Below are positions 59,590 through 64,000 of a stretch of 64,000 bases of DNA, piece by piece (the stretch's first letter is position 1; each line of letters begins with the position of its first letter). This DNA comes from Scyliorhinus canicula. Its lineage: Eukaryota. A model generated the notes under the pieces. That model saw only the letters and a program-made list of their open reading frames with translations, ran no database searches and was not told the DNA's origin. The translations under genes were made by a program, and so were the position numbers. Location: contig NC_052151.1 in the NCBI RefSeq assembly GCF_902713615.1, positions 133,223,455 through 133,287,454 on the forward strand, in the 5' to 3' direction.

Positions 59590-61980
59590 ATATATTCTTT
59601 GTACAATGTGTGCAGGAGGGTTTCCTGACACAATATGTTGACAGGCCAACAAGAGGCGAGGCCACATTGGATTTGGTTTTGGGTAATGAACCAGGCCAGG
59701 TGTTAGATCTGGAGGTAGGTGAGCACTTTGGAAACAGTGACCACAATTCGGTGACCTTTACGTTAGTGATGGAAAGGAATAAGTATACCCCGCAGGGCAA
59801 GAGTTATAGCTGGGGGAAGGGCAATTATGATGCCATTAGACATGACTTAGGATGTGTTGGTTGGAGAAGTAGGCTGCAAGGGTTGGGCACACTGGATATG
59901 TGGAGCTTGTTCAAGGAACAGCTATTGCATGTTCTTGATAAGTACGTACCAGTCAGGCAGGGAGGAAGGGGCCGAGCGAGGGAACCATGGTTTACCAAAG
60001 AAGTGGAATCTCTTGTTAAGAGGAAGAAGGAGGCCTATGTGAAGATGAGGCGTGAAGTTTCAGTTGGGGCGCTTGATAGTTACAAGGAAGCGAGGAAGGA
60101 TCTAAAGAGAGAGCTGAGACGAGCAAGGAGGGGACATGAGAAGTCATTGGCAGGTAGGATCAAGGAAAACCCAAAAGCTTTCTATAGGTATGTCAGGAAT
60201 AAAAGAATGACTAGGGTAAGAGTAGGGCCAGTCAAGGACAGTGGTGGGAAGTTGTGTGTGGAGGCTGAGGAGATAAGCGAGATACTAAATGAATACTTTT
60301 CGTCAGTATTCACTCAAGAAAAAGATAATATTGTGGAGGAGAATGCTGAGACCCAGGCTATTAGAATAGATGGCATTGAGGTGCGTAGGGAAGAAGTGTT
60401 GGCAATTCTGGACAAGGTGAAAATAGATAAGTCCCCAGGGCCGGATGGGATTTATCCTAGGATTCTCTGGGAAGCCAGGGAAGAGATTGCTGAGCCTTTG
60501 GCTTTGATTTTTAGGTCATCATTGGCTACAGGAATAGTGCCAGAGGACTGGAGGATAGCAAATGTGGTCCCTTTGTTCAAGAAGGGGAGTAGAGATAACC
60601 CCGGTAACTATAGGCCGGTGAGCCTAACGTCTGTGGTGGGTAAGGTCTTGGAGAGGATTATAAAAGATACGATTTATAATCATCTAGATAGGAATAATAT
60701 GATTAGGGATAGTCAGCATGGTTTTGTGAAGGGTAGGTCATGCCTCACAAACCTTATCGAGTTCTTTGAGAAGGTGACTGAACAGGTAGACGAGGGTAGA
60801 GCAGTTGATGTGGTGTATATGGATTTCAGTAAAGCATTTGATAAGGTTCCCCACGGTCGGCTATTGCAGAAAATACGGAGGCTGGGGATTGAGGGTGATT
60901 TAGAGATGTGGATCAGAAATTGGCTAGTTGAAAGAAGACAGAGAGTGGTAGTTGATGGGAAATGTTCAGAATGGTGTTCAGTTACGAGTGGCGTACCACA
61001 AGGATCTGTTCTGGGGCCGTTGCTGTTTGTCATTTTTATAAATGACCTAGAGGAGGGCGCAGAAGGATGGGTGAGTAAATTTGCAGACGACACTAAAGTC
61101 GGTGGAGTTGTAGACAGTGCGGAAGGATGTTGCAGGTTACAGAGGGACATAGATAAGCTGCAGAGCTGGGCTGAGAGGTGGCAAATGGAGTTTAATGTGG
61201 AGAAGTGTGAGGTGATTCACTTTGGAAAGAATAACAGGAATGCGGAATATTTGGCTAATGGTAAAATTCTTGGTAGTGTGGATGAGCAGAGGGATCTCGG
61301 TGTCCATGTACATAGATCCCTGAAAGTTGCCACCCAGGTTGATAGGGTTGTGAAGAAGGCCTATGGTGTGTTCGCCTTTATTGGTAGAGGGATTGAGTTC
61401 CGGAGCCATGAGGTCATGTTGCAGTTGTACAAAACTCTAGTACGGCCGCATTTGGAGTATTGCGTACAGTTCTGGTCGCCTCATTATAGGAAGGACGTGG
61501 AAGCCTTGGAACGGGTGCAGAGGAGATTTACCAGGATGTTGCCTGGTATGGAGGGAAAATCTTATGAGGAAAGGCTGATGGACTTGAGGTTGTTTTCGTT
61601 AGAGAGAAGAAGGTTAAGAGGTGACTTAATAGAGGCATACAAAATGATCAGAGGGTTAGATAGGGTGGACAGCGAGAGCCTTCTCCCGCGGATGGAGGTG
61701 GCTAGCACGAGGGGACATAGCCTTAAATTGAGGGGTAATAGATATAGGACAGAGGTCAGAGGTGGGTTTTTTATGCAAAGAGTGGTGAGGCCGTGGAATG
61801 CCCTACCTGCAACAGTAGTGAACTCGCCAACATTGAGGGCATTTAAAAGTTTATTGGATAAGCATCTGGATGATAAGGGCATAGTGTAGGTTAGATGGCC
61901 TTTAGTTTTTTTCCATGTCGGTGCAACATCGAGGGCCGAAGGGCCTGTACTGCGCTGTATCGTTCTATGTTCTATGTTCT
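59590..61980 (+). mobile_element. Young 5'-truncated CR1 LINE inserted in the L1 5' UTR
   Basis: Uninterrupted frame to the stop at 61889, CR1 tail with (GTTCTAT)n, AT-dinucleotide flanks. Confidence 0.95.
59595..61889 (+). CDS. CR1 ORF2 partial (end of endonuclease + reverse transcriptase), no native start
   Basis: LDLVL, SDHN, KSPGPDG, NYRPVSLTS, QHGF, YMDFSKAFDKVPH, GVPQGSVLGP, KFADD, RPHLEY, WNALP. Confidence 0.85.
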   Translation, partial: FFVQCVQEGFLTQYVDRPTRGEATLDLVLGNEPGQVLDLEVGEHFGNSDHNSVTFTLVMERNKYTPQGKSYSWGKGNYDAIRHDLGCVGWRSRLQGLGTLDMWSLFKEQLLHVLDKYVPVRQGGRGRAREPWFTKEVESLVKRKKEAYVKMRREVSVGALDSYKEARKDLKRELRRARRGHEKSLAGRIKENPKAFYRYVRNKRMTRVRVGPVKDSGGKLCVEAEEISEILNEYFSSVFTQEKDNIVEENAETQAIRIDGIEVRREEVLAILDKVKIDKSPGPDGIYPRILWEAREEIAEPLALIFRSSLATGIVPEDWRIANVVPLFKKGSRDNPGNYRPVSLTSVVGKVLERIIKDTIYNHLDRNNMIRDSQHGFVKGRSCLTNLIEFFEKVTEQVDEGRAVDVVYMDFSKAFDKVPHGRLLQKIRRLGIEGDLEMWIRNWLVERRQRVVVDGKCSEWCSVTSGVPQGSVLGPLLFVIFINDLEEGAEGWVSKFADDTKVGGVVDSAEGCCRLQRDIDKLQSWAERWQMEFNVEKCEVIHFGKNNRNAEYLANGKILGSVDEQRDLGVHVHRSLKVATQVDRVVKKAYGVFAFIGRGIEFRSHEVMLQLYKTLVRPHLEYCVQFWSPHYRKDVEALERVQRRFTRMLPGMEGKSYEERLMDLRLFSLERRRLRGDLIEAYKMIRGLDRVDSESLLPRMEVASTRGHSLKLRGNRYRTEVRGGFFMQRVVRPWNALPATVVNSPTLRAFKSLLDKHLDDKGIV

Positions 61981-64000
61981 ATATATATATATATATTTTT
62001 CTCTCTTTTTGCACTCTCTTTTCCCACCCAAAACAAGCCCACCTGAGAGTAGTATAAAAGGGGAAAAATAAAGTAGCAAAGGAAAGGAGGGAGGAGGGAA
62101 GAAAAAGGGAAGAGACAAAAAATAAAAATAGGGTGCGGAAAAGGGGGGGAAATAAAAACAAGGGGAGAAGAAAAGAAGAAAGGGAAGGGGGAGGAAAAAA
62201 TGCCAGAAGGAAGCCAAATGAGAGGGAAGTAGACGGGGCAAGGGGCAAGCCAGCTCAGGCGAGCGAATCGGCTCACGAAGCGGCGGAACGGCTCACCGCA
62301 TCGAAAAGAGCCGGAACTATAGGTGCCCTCTCCCCCGGGGCCAGGGGGGAGCTGGAACTGGAAGGCAGCCTTTACTGAGGTGCTGAGGGAGCATCTGTAA
62401 GTACACAAGGCAGAGGTGAAGGCAGAAATAGAGGCCGCAGTGCAGGCAGCAGTGGCCAGGGTCATGTCAGGGGTGCAGCAGGCCCTGACCAGACTAGAGG
62501 AGAAATTGGATAACCAAGGGGAGAAACTGGAAGCCCAGGAGGCGACCATTAAGGAACTGGAGAAAGCAGCGACTGACGTGAGCGACCGGGTCATGGCCCT
62601 GGAGAAGGAGGTGACGAGACTGGGCACAACACAGGGGAGCCTGAAGACCAGAACAAAGAACAAACCACTGCCCGAGGGACTGCTCCAGGTGGGAGGCCAG
62701 GCCCCAGCACGAGGGAACGAGAGCAATGGAGAAGGGAGAGCAGACAAGAGGGGTGCAGGGTAAGATGGGGGAAAAGCGGGCAGAAAATCGTAGAGTCCAG
62801 GCAGGGGAGAAGCGAAACAATAACCCCCGAGAGGGGGGCCACCGTACTAGCAGGAAAGCTAGCGCCGGGGGGCACGCAGAAAGCAGGGCCGCAGCGCACC
62901 TCCAACAGGGGGGAAGGCGCCAGGCAGGGGATGGGGGGGATCACCCATCAAAGTCGGTAGAGCAAACAGGGACAGGAATAGTGGATAGAGGGGCAAAGGA
63001 GGGGTATACGGGGGAGGAGGGTAGAGGGAGAGACCAGGGGGGGGCGGCACACAGGGAGCGCGAGACCGGGGAGGGGAAATGCAGGGACAAAGGGACAAAA
63101 GAGGCCAGAAAAGGAACAGGGCTACAAAGTGCCACAACCAAGGGCTCGAAACAAGGAACCGCTGCAAGCACCCACCCAGTACGGTCTGTGGGCGAAGGGG
63201 CCCCCCAGAGTGCAGGGGACTACCCGCGTGGCGGACACACAGTGGACGGCCATGGAAGGTGCTCCCGGGACAAGGGGAAACCCCGGAGCGCAGAGACCCG
63301 ACCGCATGGGGAGAGCAGTGATAGCGGCCAACCTGGACGGCCCCCTAACAAAGGGAAACCCCGGAGGGCAGAGGCGTGTCCACCAGATAAGTATGGTTAA
63401 TCCCACAGGAGTGAGGGGGCAGAAGCCCCCACCAGGATAATCACCTGGAATGTAAGGGGACTTAACGGCCAGTGAAGAGATCCAGAGTCCTCACCCACCT
63501 CAGAAATATGAGGGCCAACATAGTCTTCCTCCAAGAGACGTACCTGAGGGAGTAGGACCAACTGCGGGTAAGAAAGGGCTGGGTGGGACAAACCTACCAT
63601 TCCTGCTATGGGACAAGGGCCAGAGGGGTGGTGATCCTGATCGGCAAGAGGACGATATTTAGGCCGACAAAGACAGTTACAGACCCGGGGGGGGGCGGTA
63701 CGTCATGGTCAGCGGGGCCCTGGATGGGGCACCGGTAGTTCTAGTCAACGTGTACGTGCCCAACTGGGACGACACGAGTTTCATCAAAAAAACCATGGCA
63801 GAAATCCAGGACATAGCGATGCATCGACTAATAATGGGGGGAGACTTCAACTGTGTACAGGACCCAAAGACGGACAGATCAAACCCCAAAACGGGGAAAA
63901 CCTCAAGCATGGCAAGGGAACTCGGTCACTTTATGGAGCAGATGGGAGCAGTGGACCCCTGGAGGTTCGCCCACCTGGGGGAGAAGGAATTCTCCTTCTT

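Larger units (their letters stand above)
58971..64000 (+). mobile_element. L1-clade LINE 5' half (5' UTR, deleted ORF1, spacer, ORF2 endonuclease), running off the window
   Basis: 5' end GACTTCCGG like the L1 end at 11971. ORF1 coiled coil at 62416-62650. Endonuclease from 63392 with RIITWNVRGLNG, FLQETYL, LVNVYVPN, IMGGDFN, VDPWR, frameshifted. Confidence 0.85.

Noticed and set aside
59511-59594. N-terminus of the 792-aa ORF
   Set aside because: Fortuitous read-through from L1 5' UTR sequence starting at GTG; CR1 similarity begins near 59595.

Overview
Eukaryotic, repeat-dense vertebrate DNA. It is most likely a cartilaginous fish (shark/catshark-like), inferred from HE1/V-type and Deu-type SINEs, CR1/L1/Rex1 LINEs and Penelope-type palindromes. 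Two host genes are supported, both on the + strand. The first is the last three coding exons of an SLC7 light-chain amino-acid transporter (12472-12596, 13435-13519, 20283-20516), b0,+AT-like in sequence and probably the arpAT/SLC7A15 orthologue by position. The second is the single-exon RHOB gene (CDS 25916-26506) with a recognisable CCAAT/TATA promoter. Most of the rest is nested transposable elements: PIF/Harbinger elements and MITEs, L1, CR1 (one young copy with an open 2.3-kb frame), Rex1, Gypsy LTR elements and solo LTRs, a hAT MITE, and many SINEs. The most unusual object is a complete 4.5-kb LTR element (41794-46282) with both LTRs, a TSD, a tRNA-Leu PBS and a PPT. It has no recognisable protease, RT or RNase H. 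It instead appears to have encoded one long in-frame Gag, low-complexity repeat linker, integrase C-terminus protein. All calls were read by eye; repeat boundaries without a TSD are approximate.
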